In this document: piece after piece, positions 16,548 through 31,859 of the stretch
Layout of the letters: each line of letters starts with the position of its first letter
How positions within the stretch are numbered: the first letter of the stretch is position 1
Source: Eledone cirrhosa
Lineage: Eukaryota
Assembly: GCA_964016885.1 (NCBI GenBank)
Contig: OZ024760.1
Location: 24,800,001-24,864,000 of the forward strand
DNA: 64,000 bases
Direction of reading: 5' to 3'
Position numbers and translations under genes: made by a program
Notes under the pieces: generated by a model
The model's input: only the letters and a program-made list of their open reading frames with translations
The model's database searches: none
Told to the model about the DNA's origin: nothing

Positions 16548-17019
16548 AATATATATATATATATGTATATATACATACACACACACACACATATATATAT
16601 ATACATAAATACACACACACACATATATATATATACATACATACATACATACATACATACATACATACATACATACACACACATATATAAAAGATAAAAG
16701 GTAATGAACTGAAATAAATAAATAATAATAATAATGATAACGAGGATAATGATAATAATGATGACGATGACGATGATGATGATGATGATGATGATGATAA
16801 TAGTGAAATGATTATTATTATTAATTATACTAACATTATAGATGGTAACAACTGTTTGATATTTATCGCTTCCTTGAAACGTGTTTATATATATATATAT
16901 ATATATATATATGATATTAATCCTTCCTTCAAACGTGTTTATATATATGTATATATATATATAAATATATATATATATGTAAACACACATATATATATAT
17001 ATGCATATATATATATATA

Positions 17020-17052
<33 letters not shown>

Positions 17053-17129
17053 GCATATATATATATATACATATATATTTATCGCTTATATATATATATA
17101 TATGTAATATATATATGATATTTATCGCT

Positions 17130-17164
<35 letters not shown>

Positions 17165-17219
17165 GATATTTATCGCTTATATATATATATATATGTATAT
17201 ATATATGATATTTATCGCT

Positions 17220-17326
<107 letters not shown>

Positions 17327-17386
17327 GATATTTATCGCTTATATATATATATCGCTTATATATATATCACTTATATATATATATCG

Positions 17387-17444
<58 letters not shown>

Positions 17445-18052
17445 CATATATACATATTATGGATTTGAAAAAAAAGGACAAAGTTCAGTTTAGAGGGCAA
17501 AAATCTGATAGATGAAATGTTTGCATCTGGTCTGTTATTTCTGATCTCTGTACTGCTGCTGCTGTTGATTGTGATGATGGGGTGGTTGGCTGAGGGCTAC
17601 GGGTTTCGACTCACTGTCAATTATTCTGCAAACGATGCTGCCACGTATGGGAGTCGAAGCAAATTATGTTGAATCTTAATTAATAAATCTGGTAGAATTA
17701 TTTGTGGTGTTAGGGCAGTGTCATGAACTGATCCTTGATGTGACATTTCTTAGCATATCCAAGCCCGAACTTCTCATCTACGGAGACCTAGATAATCACG
17801 TTGGTTTTTCTGTGGAAGAGGGAGCAAATGCCCTGGGGACCCTTTGTCAAACAGGCCGCAAATAGAACCTTCCCCACACCCCCCCCACACACAGAAAGAA
17901 ACTGAACGGCTCTGTTTCCATCAATGATTAAATAATATATTTCTGAGTATGTATTCACGCCCTCTGCAATCTGAGTTCTTTGTGGTGTTAATGCGGTTTC
18001 GGGCGCTGATCCTAGATGCAACACTTCTTATCATAGTTGCAACACTTCTTAT

Positions 18053-18820
18053 CGTAGTTGTTGAGAAATTAGTGATCCTTTCCCTTCTAAAAATATTAGA
18101 GAATGAATTGTGTACGATATGAAATATCGCACGTGTCATTCGGAACCCAGCTTGTTTCGAAATTCCCTGCCGCTAAAAATAGCAGCCTGGCCAATAGGAC
18201 ATTAGAAATTAGTTCTACATGATGGAGCCGACAAAGATATGTTGAGTTAAGAACTTAAGGCACGGAAAAGCTTTTTTCTTAGAGCTATTTAATTGTAAGA
18301 GACTTCTCTGAGTTCTTAACTCAATATATATTGGTCGGCTCCACCATGTAGAGCTAATTTTTAATGTCCTGTTAGCCAGGCTACTATTTTTAGCGGCAAG
18401 GAATTTCGAGACAATCTGGGTTCCGAATGACACATTTTCTAATATTTTTAGAAGTGAAAGGATCACTAATTTCTCAACAACTACTGAGGAGCAGAGAAAC
18501 GTGAGAACTCCACTTAATAAGATGTTGCGAAACAGTCTCCAACACTGTCTAGTTATTACCAGGCGTTTTGCCCAATGTAGGTCTGTTATTTTTCTTAATT
18601 TTTCTTAATTTAATATTTAAAGTTAAGGATAACAAACCATACTGCTGTAGTTAGTATTTTTTCACCATACCAAATTTTAGTCCTTACGATTCGAACATAT
18701 GTATGTTTATATTAGTGTTCATCTCTCTTGTTTATTAAATTATATTGTACGACTCGGAAAAACTTTTTTCTTGGAGCTATTTAATTCTAAGAGACTACTC
18801 TGAGTTCTTAACTCAATATA
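18053..18820 (+). mobile_element. Family D retrozyme-like element (partial tandem ~490-520 bp unit plus inverted segment)
   Basis: gagttcttaactcaat recurs at ~18320 and ~18812; 18053-18255 is inverted relative to 18310-18484; second locus at 46967-47815. Confidence 0.8.
18479..18554 (+). ncRNA. Type I HHR, family D
   Basis: AACTA-CTGAGGA-GCAG..TTGC-GAAA-CAGTctccaacACTG-TC-TAGTT. Confidence 0.85.
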
Positions 18821-18932
18821 TATATATACTGATATAGATTTGATGTGCTAATATATATTTATATGTATGTGTGACTGTGTGTGTTTACGTATGTATGTTT
18901 TTTGTATATACATATATACATATATATATATA

Positions 18933-18982
<50 letters not shown>

Positions 18983-19508
18983 AGTGTTTGTGTGTGTGTG
19001 TATGTATATTTATACATATATATATAATAAATATATATATTTATGTATATATATATATTTATATGTATATTTATATGTATATGTATTCACAAAAACATAC
19101 ATACGTAAACACATACACACACAAACACACATATATATATACACGCACAGGCACACACATACAGAGACACACACACATACACACATACACACATACAGGC
19201 ACACACAGACACACACAGACACACACATACAGACACAGACAGACACAGATCAAACACCACGCAACCAACCACACAAACACACACAACACACAACCTAGCC
19301 AATGACATTCAGAAACACCACACGACAAACACACAGATAAGTCGCACACGTTTATCTAGCGATCATATTGAGTATTCTGAGAACTGTCTAACTGGGTTCT
19401 ATAAATTCTATTTATCTATAACTAATCGATATTATCAATACAGTACATCAGCAATACAGTCAATTGGTACAAATTCGACTTCTGATAAGAGTACATGTTT
19501 AATACATA

Positions 19509-19573
<65 letters not shown>

Positions 19574-19712
19574 CACACTTATACATACAGATACAAACAC
19601 AGACACACACACACACATATACATATATACACACATGTGTGTATATATGTAACATATATATGTATATATATGTACATATATGTATATATATGTATATATA
19701 TGTATATATATG

Positions 19713-19743
<31 letters not shown>

Positions 19744-19858
19744 GTATATATATGTATATATATGTATATATATGTATATATATTAATATATATATGTATA
19801 TATATATATATGTATATGTATATGTATATATATGTATATATATGTATATATATGTATA

Positions 19859-19903
<45 letters not shown>

Positions 19904-19993
19904 GTATATATATATATAGATATGTATTTATATATATATGTATATATATGTATATACATGTATTTATATATATATATATATATATGTATATAT

Positions 19994-20193
19994 AACAATA
20001 TATTTAGAAACACACAGATACATGCGGACACACACAGATATACATGAATGCATCCGCACCCAACCGTGAGTTAAGGGTGCCAACTTCCCCGATGTTGCTC
20101 AATGAATGACCGGGACAGACCACGGTTGGGTGCGGATGCATTCATGTATATGTGTGTGTCCGCATGTATCTGTGGGTTTCTAAATATATTGTT
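19994..20193. repeat. Inverted repeat, ~75 bp arms with ~50 bp spacer
   Basis: aacaatatatttagaaa..gcacccaaccgtg / cacggttgggtgc..tttctaaatatattgtt. Confidence 0.85.
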
Positions 20194-20649
20194 AATAACT
20201 CCCTCTGGTCGAGCAATCTTTGAAGTGTGGGGACAGCTGGAAAGCTTCCATTACTCATACTTCTCGCCTTCTTCACCACCTCTTCTACGGCCTCGATATA
20301 AATACCCCCTCCGCCTCCGTGGTATTTTCTTCGGGGTTATAAGAGGCTTAGCTCTGTTTCTCGACCGTTATATCGCGTGACTATCTCCCCCTCCGCCTTT
20401 TGGGATTCTTTCTCACGTCGTGTAGACGCGTTCTTGAGACTAGTAAAGTGAGGTATCCTCTTGATAAGTCGGCAGACCTCGCAAGGACTCTATATCTTTA
20501 TGATATATTGTTTTTGTTTATGCCACGAAACTACGTAGTCGAGGAATTTAGGAGCAGTTTAGGTATGATACATTTTATTACTAATTATATCTAAATGTTT
20601 CTTCTCTCTTCATAATGTATATGTATATATATGTATTTATATATATATA

Positions 20650-20779
<130 letters not shown>

Positions 20780-21097
20780 TATACGATTTGAAAATAAACA
20801 TACACAGAATGAAAAATTAAATATGAAGTAAAACTTATTAAAAAAGAGAGAGAGAGGGGGAGATAGGGATGAGGAGTGAGAGGGAGGGTGGCAGAGAGTT
20901 AGTGAGAGAGGGAGAGAGTGAGGGAGAAAGGGTGGAGAGTGAGTTTGTGGCAGAGAGAAAGAATGGTTGTCATTAACCCTGATCATTGCATTACATATTG
21001 GCAAGTGGGAATTGTGTTATCAATAAGGGTCAAATATCGATTTTAAGAATGGTTTATCAATTCCAGCTTCTATTGATAAAGATACCACTAAATCATA

Positions 21098-22449
<1,352 letters not shown>

Positions 22450-22504
22450 ATAAATTAATAAAATAATGAATAAACAAAGAAACAGTTCCTTATATATAAA
22501 AATT

Positions 22505-22644
22505 CATCATTTTACGATCGTTTCTAGGATATATATGTGTTAGAGTTGGTATGCATATTCTATAGATCTATGTACAATATTTATACAAACTATCAGAGGG
22601 AATATACATACCTACACATATATATGCTGTCTTCAGAAATAATG
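22505..22644 (-). ncRNA. Type I HHR with giant stem II (mirror copy)
   Basis: Reverse complement of 22797-22936, nearly identical. Confidence 0.7.
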
Positions 22645-22796
22645 ATATGTGTTTATTGAATAAAACAAAGATTCAATACAATAGGTCTGTTTGGGAACAG
22701 GTTTTGAATTGACCAATAGAGAGATATTGGTCAATTCAAAACCTGTTCCCAAAAAGACCTATTGTATTGAATCTTTGTTTTTTTTCAATAAACAAA

Positions 22797-22936
22797 CATT
22801 ATTTCTGAAGACAGCATATATATGTGTAGGTATGTATATTCCCTCTGATAGTTTGTATAAATATTGTACATAGATCTATAGAATATGCATACCAACTCTA
22901 ACACATATACATCCTAGAAACGATCGTAAAATGATG
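22797..22936 (+). ncRNA. Type I HHR with ~105-nt stem II domain
   Basis: CATTATTT-CTGAAGA-[105 nt, largely self-paired]-GAAA-C-GATC-G-TA-AAATGATG. Confidence 0.7.
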
Positions 22937-23123
22937 AATTTTTCTAATATAAGGAACTGTTTCTTTGTTTATTCATTATTTTATTAATTTATCTTGACTC
23001 TGTTTTCCGTTTATTTTTCACCGAAAGTAGTTTTTGAATGCATCTTCTCTTTTCATGATATCCGGATTACATTGAGTTCTTCATACGGATTGGACACAAC
23101 CGTAAACTTTTCGTAGATTTATC

Positions 23124-23190
<67 letters not shown>

Positions 23191-23198
23191 TTACATAT

Positions 23199-23270
<72 letters not shown>

Positions 23271-23533
23271 GGAATAAATGAAACGAAATTTCATTTCTCA
23301 CTCTTAGTACGGCTGTTATTTAAATATAAGTATGTACACGTACATACATATATGTGTACAGACGTACAGTAGTATGTATATATATATACATCAATGCACA
23401 CATATATATATGTACGTATGGATTCACCGAACATTTATTATAATGCTCGGTGTGTTTGTAAACAAACATCCCGAATTAAGCCGTACAGTGTCTAGCAACC
23501 ATCGTTGCTCATTTTTTCAACACTGACAAAGGA

Positions 23534-23576
23534 ACGCTGTACTAGTTTCAAGCTTATTAGCTATCGTCAGCAACGT
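23534..23576 (-). ncRNA. Minimal type I HHR
   Basis: ACGTTG-CTGACGA-TAGCTaataAGCTT-GAAA-CTAG-TA-CAGCGT. Confidence 0.8.
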
Positions 23577-24577
23577 ATACATTCCTGCCAGATGGTTAAA
23601 CGTCTGAAAGTATATACTTTCCTTATGCATATTAACGGCTGAGCAGCCTAATTCGCACATCCCTAATCAGTTGTAAACCGCATATCGTATATATTTCGGC
23701 GCTTAATACAGGACATCAAAGCAATCAGCGGCGTGCCCAAGGCCTTTTATCGATCAAAAGGCCAGGAGGGAAAGAAAAGAAGAAATGGAAAAGTAGTGAG
23801 GAGAGAGGAAGTAAGAGAAAACAAAGGGAAACAGTGTGAATGGTGGTGGTACCTAGGACAATGGAACATGCAAGTGAGTAACCGAGATATTTATACATAA
23901 ACATAAACGTATGTATATAAGTATATAAACAAGTGTTTTGTTATTCATATATCCGTGCGTGAGGTAGTTTTTATCGAAGACATAAACAAAAATCAGTTGA
24001 TATCAATAACCAGAAATATCGTTAACATAGTTTATCTTATCCATAATTAACAAATTAAATATCGATATATATATATATATGTGTGTGTATGTGTGTGTGT
24101 GTGTGTGCGCGTGTGTGTGTGTGTTTCAAAGATATATGTAGAGAGAATTAGAGGAGAGAGAGTTAGAGAGCGAGAGAAAGAGTGAGAGATGGAGAGAGAG
24201 AGAGGTGAGAGAGAGGCGGAGAGAGAGGTGAGAGAGAGAGAGATGGAGAGGGAGAGAGATAGAGGTGAGAGAGATATGGAGAGAGAGAGAGAGGTGAGAG
24301 ACAGAGAGATAGAGAGAGTGAGAGCGTGAGAGGAGAGAGATACAACATTTGAGAAAGACGTTGTATATTGTTTTCGACCATGAAACGGCACTGTAAGGAA
24401 ATATGACTTCTACCACATTAAACTATGCATATTTTCCTGAGTATTACTTGCGTTATGTATCTGTAGAGTCTACCATGATGTTCTGTAATGACATAAGGTT
24501 CTCTATCTCCATATATCTAATAAATCTGAATAATTGATCCTATAAAACAAGGTCCAATGAGCTTACTTATATATATG

Positions 24578-24616
<39 letters not shown>

Positions 24617-24617
24617 G

Positions 24618-25207
24618 ATATATAAGAACAAAAGATGGTTAAAGGAGTTCCATGTATTTTATTATGCGCATTTCAAAAACAAATATCATCATGCAATAAT
24701 ATTTGTGTTTTAATTTATACATTATCTTCCAACGGTTTTCAACCTCTCTATGTAAAACAATATATCTTTCTCAGTTATAAAAACTATCTCTCTCTCTCTA
24801 TCACCCATCTCTCCTCCTATCTCATCCTTCCTCACTATACTCCTCCCTCTCCACCTTCACTCTCATCTCCTCCTCTTTTTTTCATCCTTTCCACCCCCCC
24901 TCTAAATAAAATATTTTTCCCAATATCACACACCAATCTAAAACTACTTCTCATATGTTGATTTAAAACTGCACTATCCACAAGAGTTTTTTAGCCTTCA
25001 TATCATGTCCTCCTGTTTTATCTGATGAAAACACAAATATTATTGCATGATGATATTTGTTTTTGAAATGCGCATAATAGAATACATGGAACTGCTTTAA
25101 CCATCTTTTGTTCTTATATATTATGTATACCCCAGTCCCACAAACTGTAGAGTGCTTCTTATCCGATATCTGCATTGCTTTATTGTACTACAATAACACT
25201 CACCTCC

Positions 25208-25210
<3 letters not shown>
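24618..25210 (+). mobile_element. Family F element (inverted arm 24618-24711, spacer, HHR, tail)
   Basis: 24618-24711 is the reverse complement of ~25029-25122; second copy at 28348-28550. Confidence 0.8.
25014..25084 (+). ncRNA. Minimal type I HHR, family F
   Basis: TGTTTTAT-CTGATGA-AAACACAAATATT..GATATTTGTTTTT-GAAA-T-GCGC-A-TA-ATAGAATA. Confidence 0.85.
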
Positions 25211-25297
<87 letters not shown>

Positions 25298-25299
<2 letters not shown>

Positions 25300-25607
25300 A
25301 GTATATGTTGGTTGTATACCAACACCTCAGTATGCAGGCTGGAGCACTCAACGAAGTGCGCAGGTTGGTTTGGTTACTCCGGAGTAATGTAAAATAAAGT
25401 TAAATAAAAAGTCAAATGTTTAAAATTTAGCTTCGTTTATTACTGCTATATATATATATCAGTGACAGCCATCTTGGCCGTGACCTCTTCAGGCAGTCCG
25501 AATTAGTATGGTATAGACAAGTACATATGTTGTTGAGGTGTATAATTTTGTCAATACTCTGATATGCCCAGTTCCTGGTTGGGTTGTTATTTCACTGAGG
25601 AACTGTG
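25298..25607 (-). mobile_element. Family C single-arm copy with eroded HHR (25442-25497)
   Basis: Matches 12230-12500; GAAA replaced by TA repeat. Confidence 0.85.
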
Positions 25608-25770
25608 AAATTATACATGTATATATATGTACACATATATACGTATAAGTAGGATTACAATTGTTTCAGTTTGTCTACACGCATCCTGTTTGTACATACA
25701 CGCACACTAAACATCGCACAGTCACGATATAATATAGTATAGGAGGAAAATCGAGCGACGCTCGTCAAAG

Positions 25771-25959
25771 CGGACCGAGGAAAACAATGTTTCCATTATT
25801 TTTCCTATTGCTAATACTGTCTATCTGTCACAACTCGAAGTAGAAGGAGCAACGTGAAATAAAGTGTCTTGCTGAAGAACATAACGCAAACCCCGGTCCA
25901 GGAATCGAAGACACAATCTGTGAATCCAATTATCTTACCACTCAGCCACGCGCCTTCAC
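25771..25959 (-). mobile_element. tRNA-derived SINE family 2
   Basis: ggagcaacgtgaaataaagtgtcttgc..ggaatcgaa..cactcagccacgcgccttcac; copies at 35984 and 49700. Confidence 0.8.
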
Positions 25960-25969
25960 TAATATAATA

Positions 25970-26566
25970 TAATTGTTTCTACTTTAGGCACAAGGCCAGC
26001 AATCACCCAGTGTATTACTGGTACTTTATTTTATCGACGCCGTAAGGATGAAAGGCAAAGTTAACCTCGGCGGGATTTGAACTCAGAATGGCAAGGGCCA
26101 TAAGTCTATGCACCAAAGCATGGCGCCCGACTCTCTACCGATACTGCCAATCCACCGCCCATATATAATATAATATAACATAATGGTTTCTTATATAGGC
26201 ACAAGGCTAGCAATTTTGGGAGAGGGGAAAGTCGATTAAATCTACCTCAGTGCGTGACTGGTACTTTATTTTATCGACCCCGTAAAGATGAAAGGCAAAG
26301 TTAACCTCGGCGAGATTTGAACTCAGACCGTAAAGGGACGTAACTATGCTGGAAAGCATGGCATCCGACCTTCTACCGATACTGCCAATCCACCATAATA
26401 TAATATAATATAATATAATTGTTTCTACTTTTGCAACAAGGCCAGCAATTATCCCAGTGGTACTTATTTTGTCGACCCCGTAAGGATGAAAGACAAAGTT
26501 AACCTCGGCGGGTTTTGAACTCAGAACGTAAAGCATGGTGTCTGACGCTCTACTGATACTGCCAAC
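25970..26566 (-). mobile_element. Three tandem SINE family 1 copies
   Basis: ggtactttattttatcgaccccgtaaggatgaaaggcaaagttaacctcggcgggatttgaactcaga occurs three times. Confidence 0.9.
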
Positions 26567-26702
26567 ATATAATATAATATAATATAATATAATAATTATA
26601 TAATATAATATAATATAATATAATATAATATAATATAATATAATATAATATAATATAATATAATATAATATAATATAATATAATATAATATAATATAATA
26701 TA
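26567..26702. repeat. (TAATA)n pentanucleotide repeat
   Basis: Direct reading. Confidence 0.95.
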
Positions 26703-27151
26703 TTTTATGTATGTTTAAAGTCTGAAATATGTTTGTTATTTTACTCTATCTCTTCCATCTTGATATTATCAACTTTTATATATGTGTTTGTTAGTGTGTT
26801 TGTTTGGTTTTCTGTTTTACATGTTTCATTAAAGCAACAACGTGTTGTTGTTTCCTTTGTAGCTATGCGTCCATTGCTCTGTATTTCCTCGTTAAACAAT
26901 TCGTACAATAAATCATGTTTTCTAAGTGGTTTGCGTGATACAACCTCATCAAATACTTATTGTTTTTATTGTTTATCAGAAAACTCCCAGCCAAGATTTC
27001 TGAATCTCGTAATGTCACCCCACCAAAAGAGAAAGAACAACAAAGCAAAACAAAAAATCTAAAAAAAAGAAAACGAGTAAAACATATTAAATGTATGATC
27101 AGATATGTATTTTATTGTTATTAATGTTGTTGTTGTTGTTGTTGTTATAAG

Positions 27152-27600
27152 GGTGGTGGATTGGCAGTATCGGTAGAGAGTCGGACGCCATTCTTTGCAG
27201 CACTGAGTTACGGACCTTTGCGGTCTGAGTTCAAATCCTGTCGAGGTTAACTTTGCCTTTCATCCTTACGTGGTCGATAAAATAAAGTACCAGTAATACA
27301 TTTGGGTCCATTTAGTTGACTTTCCCCTCCCCAAAATTGCACACCTTGTGCCTAAAGTAGAAACAATTATTATTACTGGCAGTATCGGTTGAGCGTCAGA
27401 CACCATGATTGGCAGCATAGAGTCAGGGCCCTTTACGTTGTAGAGTTATAGCCTTTAATTCAAATCCCGCTGAGGTTAGCTTTCCTTTCATCCTTACAGG
27501 GTCGATAAAATAAACTACCAGTAATGTACTGTGGTCGATTTAATCGACAATCCCCTCCCGTTAAAATTGCTGGCCTGGTGCCTATAATAGAAATTATTAT
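27152..27600 (+). mobile_element. Two SINE family 1 copies
   Basis: tggcagtatcggt head, ttcaaatcc, core and tail, each twice. Confidence 0.9.
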
Positions 27601-27719
27601 AATTACAATTAGTAGTAGTATTATCATTGTATGCTTTATTTGAAGTGAGAAATTGTTAATAAATGGCGCCTCTTCATAAATGCACAAAATAAAAATGTTA
27701 AAAATATAATATAATATAT

Positions 27720-27841
27720 ATATATATAAAGCCAATATATATATATATACAAAGCCAATATATATATACAAAGCCAATATATATATATATACAAAGCCAA
27801 TATATATATATAAAGCCAGCATATATATATATATAAACCCA

Positions 27842-27922
<81 letters not shown>

Positions 27923-28097
27923 TAGCTGGCTTTATATATATATATATATATATACAAAGCCAATATATATATATATACAAAGCCAATATATATATATACA
28001 AAGCCAATGTATATATATATACAAAGCCAATATATATATATAAAGCCAGCATATATATATAAACCCACCATATATATATATATATATATAAATCCAG

Positions 28098-28149
<52 letters not shown>

Positions 28150-28153
28150 CCAG

Positions 28154-28232
<79 letters not shown>

Positions 28233-28236
28233 CCAG

Positions 28237-28285
<49 letters not shown>

Positions 28286-28319
28286 CCAGCAAATATATAT
28301 ATATATATATAAAGCCAGC

Positions 28320-28345
<26 letters not shown>
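27720..28345. repeat. (TA)n decorated with AAAGCCA(A/GC) units
   Basis: Direct reading. Confidence 0.9.
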
Positions 28346-28648
<303 letters not shown>

Positions 28649-28684
28649 TACAGATATTAATAAAATAGTGTTCTTTTGATCAAT

Positions 28685-28743
28685 TACATTTTATTATACA
28701 TATTTCGGATGTACAACAGTACGTCCTCATCAGACACAATATA
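28685..28743 (-). ncRNA. Minimal type I HHR
   Basis: tatattgtgt-CTGATGA-GGACGTACtgttGTACATCC-GAAA-T-ATGT-A-TA-ataaaatgta. Confidence 0.8.
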
Positions 28744-28848
28744 ATGATACATGACATACCATGAGATGTTAAATGGTTAAGATTTAATCAAGGTAGTACC
28801 TTGATTAAATCTTAACCATTTAACATCTCCGGGTAGGTCATGTATTAT

Positions 28849-28907
28849 TATATTTTGTCTGATGAGGACGTACTGTTGTACATCTGAAATATATATAATA
28901 CAATGTA
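28849..28907 (+). ncRNA. Minimal type I HHR (mirror copy)
   Basis: tatattttgt-CTGATGA-GGACGTACtgttGTACATCT-GAAA-T-ATAT-A-TA-atacaatgta. Confidence 0.8.
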
Positions 28908-29049
28908 ATTGATCAAAAGAACATCTATTTTATTAATATTTGTATTTAAATATTAATATCTCTGGAAAATTATTTTTTTCCGTAGAGTGCTTCCAATCTA
29001 CTGTAAAACTCATTCTTTGACATACTCATTGAATCTTGTTTAACTATTT

Positions 29050-29104
<55 letters not shown>

Positions 29105-29105
29105 A

Positions 29106-29218
<113 letters not shown>

Positions 29219-29219
29219 A

Positions 29220-29258
<39 letters not shown>

Positions 29259-29260
29259 GA

Positions 29261-29298
<38 letters not shown>

Positions 29299-29299
29299 A

Positions 29300-29335
<36 letters not shown>

Positions 29336-29637
29336 AGCATATATATATATATATAAAGCCAGCAACAATGGCGTCGATGATAATAAATGTTATGATATTA
29401 TATGCGATAATAACAAAGAAATGCTATAATAACAATAGATACAAACATATGAAATGAAAGAATAAATAAGAGTTATGTAAATAACAAACATAATGGCGAT
29501 AGTTATAATGATAATGATAATTATGTGAAATTATAATTTAAAAAAATTATTTCATATAATTTCTTTTTAAAAAGATTTAACTATATAATTTTAAGATATC
29601 AATATATAAATAACAATAACAACAACAACAATTGTAA

Positions 29638-29970
29638 TAATGGTTTCTTATATAGGCACAATATCAGCAATTTTGGGCAGGGGAAAGTCGATTCAATCGA
29701 CCTTAGTGCATTACTGGTACTTTATTTTATCAACCCCATAAGGAATGAAAGGCAAATTTCACAGGATTTGAATTTCCTGGGTCTTAACTCTACAATGTAA
29801 AGGGCCATAACTCTATGATGCCAAGCATGGTGTCTGACATTCAACCGACACTGCCAATAATAACAATTGTTTCTAATTTAGGCACAAGGTCAGCAATTTT
29901 GGGGAGGGGAGAGTCAACTAAATCGACCTTAGTGCATGACTGATTTATCGATTCCATTAGGATGAAATGC
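29638..29970 (-). mobile_element. SINE family 1, one full and one partial copy
   Basis: Core and tail motifs on minus strand. Confidence 0.8.
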
Positions 29971-29997
29971 AGAGCTACCTCCCTCTCTTTCTCTCTC

Positions 29998-30028
<31 letters not shown>

Positions 30029-30274
30029 TTATATATATATATATGTATACACCACCGCCCCCACACACACACGCACTCCCACATATTTATATATATATAA
30101 CTAAGCCTAAGTGTTGCTCCGCTTCTTCATGTACCCTGCAAAGTAGTCTACTGTTTTAAGTTGGTGCCAATTTAATGTCTTGAAACCTATGGTAGCGTAA
30201 CACATTGCACATCATTTCAGGTGTGTGTATATATATATATATATATATTTTTCAGCTGTATATATAATATACTC

Positions 30275-30715
<441 letters not shown>

Positions 30716-30827
30716 ATATTTATATATATATATAGACAGCGAGAGGGATTGATAGATAGATATATAGATACATAGATAGATAGATATAAACATATATATA
30801 TATATATATAACATTGTGTATATATAG

Positions 30828-31017
30828 GTAAGTTATTCCGGGTCGAATCGGAGGGTAACCACAATAAGAAAGGTACTCAATACATAGCAAAGTATAAAAG
30901 TGTTAATATAGATGAGATTCTACAGGGCTAGAACTGTTTCATTCTTGAGAATTCCTGATGATTTCTCAAGAATGAAACAGTTCTAGTCCTGTAGAACCTC
31001 ATCTATATTAAAACTAT
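30828..31017. mobile_element. Family B short fold-back copy with HHR at 30951-30999 (+)
   Basis: attc-CTGATGA-TTTCtcaaGAAT-GAAA-CAG..CTG-TA-gaac; tail on the left. Confidence 0.8.
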
Positions 31018-31039
31018 ATATATATATATATATATATAT

Positions 31040-31215
31040 AACGAAGGAAATGTGGTAAAGAACCAGGTGGACCATAACGCACCAAAGTACTCAATACTTA
31101 GGGTAGTAGAGTGGGTAATAGGAACGAGTAGGACCCCGACGGCTGAACTCAAGCCCTTTCGACGGCTAGTCCAGAATTAGACGTCGAAACGGCTTGAGCT
31201 CAGCCGTCGTTCCTA
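31040..31215 (-). mobile_element. Family A fold-back copy
   Basis: Reverse complement of 7150-7290 plus short inverted arm. Confidence 0.85.
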
Positions 31216-31347
31216 TATATATATATATATATATATACGTATCTCGGAATATACTAAATCTATATAAGATAACCATAATAAATATATTGTATTTTCTCGA
31301 TTAACATCAACGACTGAGACTCCAATAATAATAATAAAAATAATAAT

Positions 31348-31381
<34 letters not shown>

Positions 31382-31382
31382 G

Positions 31383-31580
31383 ATTATACTATGGCCACCA
31401 GACCAGCAATTTGCGGTTAGGGGAAACTCGATTAAATCGACCTTATTTCATTACTGGTATTCCCTTTTATCGACCACGAAAATATCAATGGCAAATTAGA
31501 CCTAGGCGTTATTTGGACTCAGAATATAAATATTCGCGATAAATAGCAGAATGTCATTACATCTGATGCTCTACCAATTC
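31383..31580 (-). mobile_element. Diverged SINE family 1 copy
   Basis: ttactggtat..tttatcgacc..ggcaaa..cctaggcg..ttggactcagaa. Confidence 0.65.
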
Positions 31581-31859
31581 TCAGATTCCATGGATTTATA
31601 CAGCTGCAGTTGAAAGCAGCACATCAGAATACCAAGTTACATGTAACTCTCATCCCATGAGCTCCTATAATACTGGCTGCAAAACACTGTATTTCTTTGA
31701 AGTTCATCGCTGACGTTTCACTATAGTGAAATTCGGCTCTAATAATTCTCTCCGAATTGCAAATTTCCTTATGAGTTGCAGTTCCTGATTGTCTTTGGGA
31801 TTTGAAGGGATTGTCACACACAATACACTCTTGCAATATAACCAAGGAAAGTCAATGGA

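Larger units (their letters stand above)
22450..23127. mobile_element. Family E fold-back element (~540 bp palindrome 22450-22992 plus tail)
   Basis: Centre gaccaatagagagatattggtc ~22721; (TA)n on both sides. Confidence 0.9.

Noticed and set aside
27160-27245. tRNA gene
   Set aside because: A and B boxes belong to a SINE head; no cloverleaf
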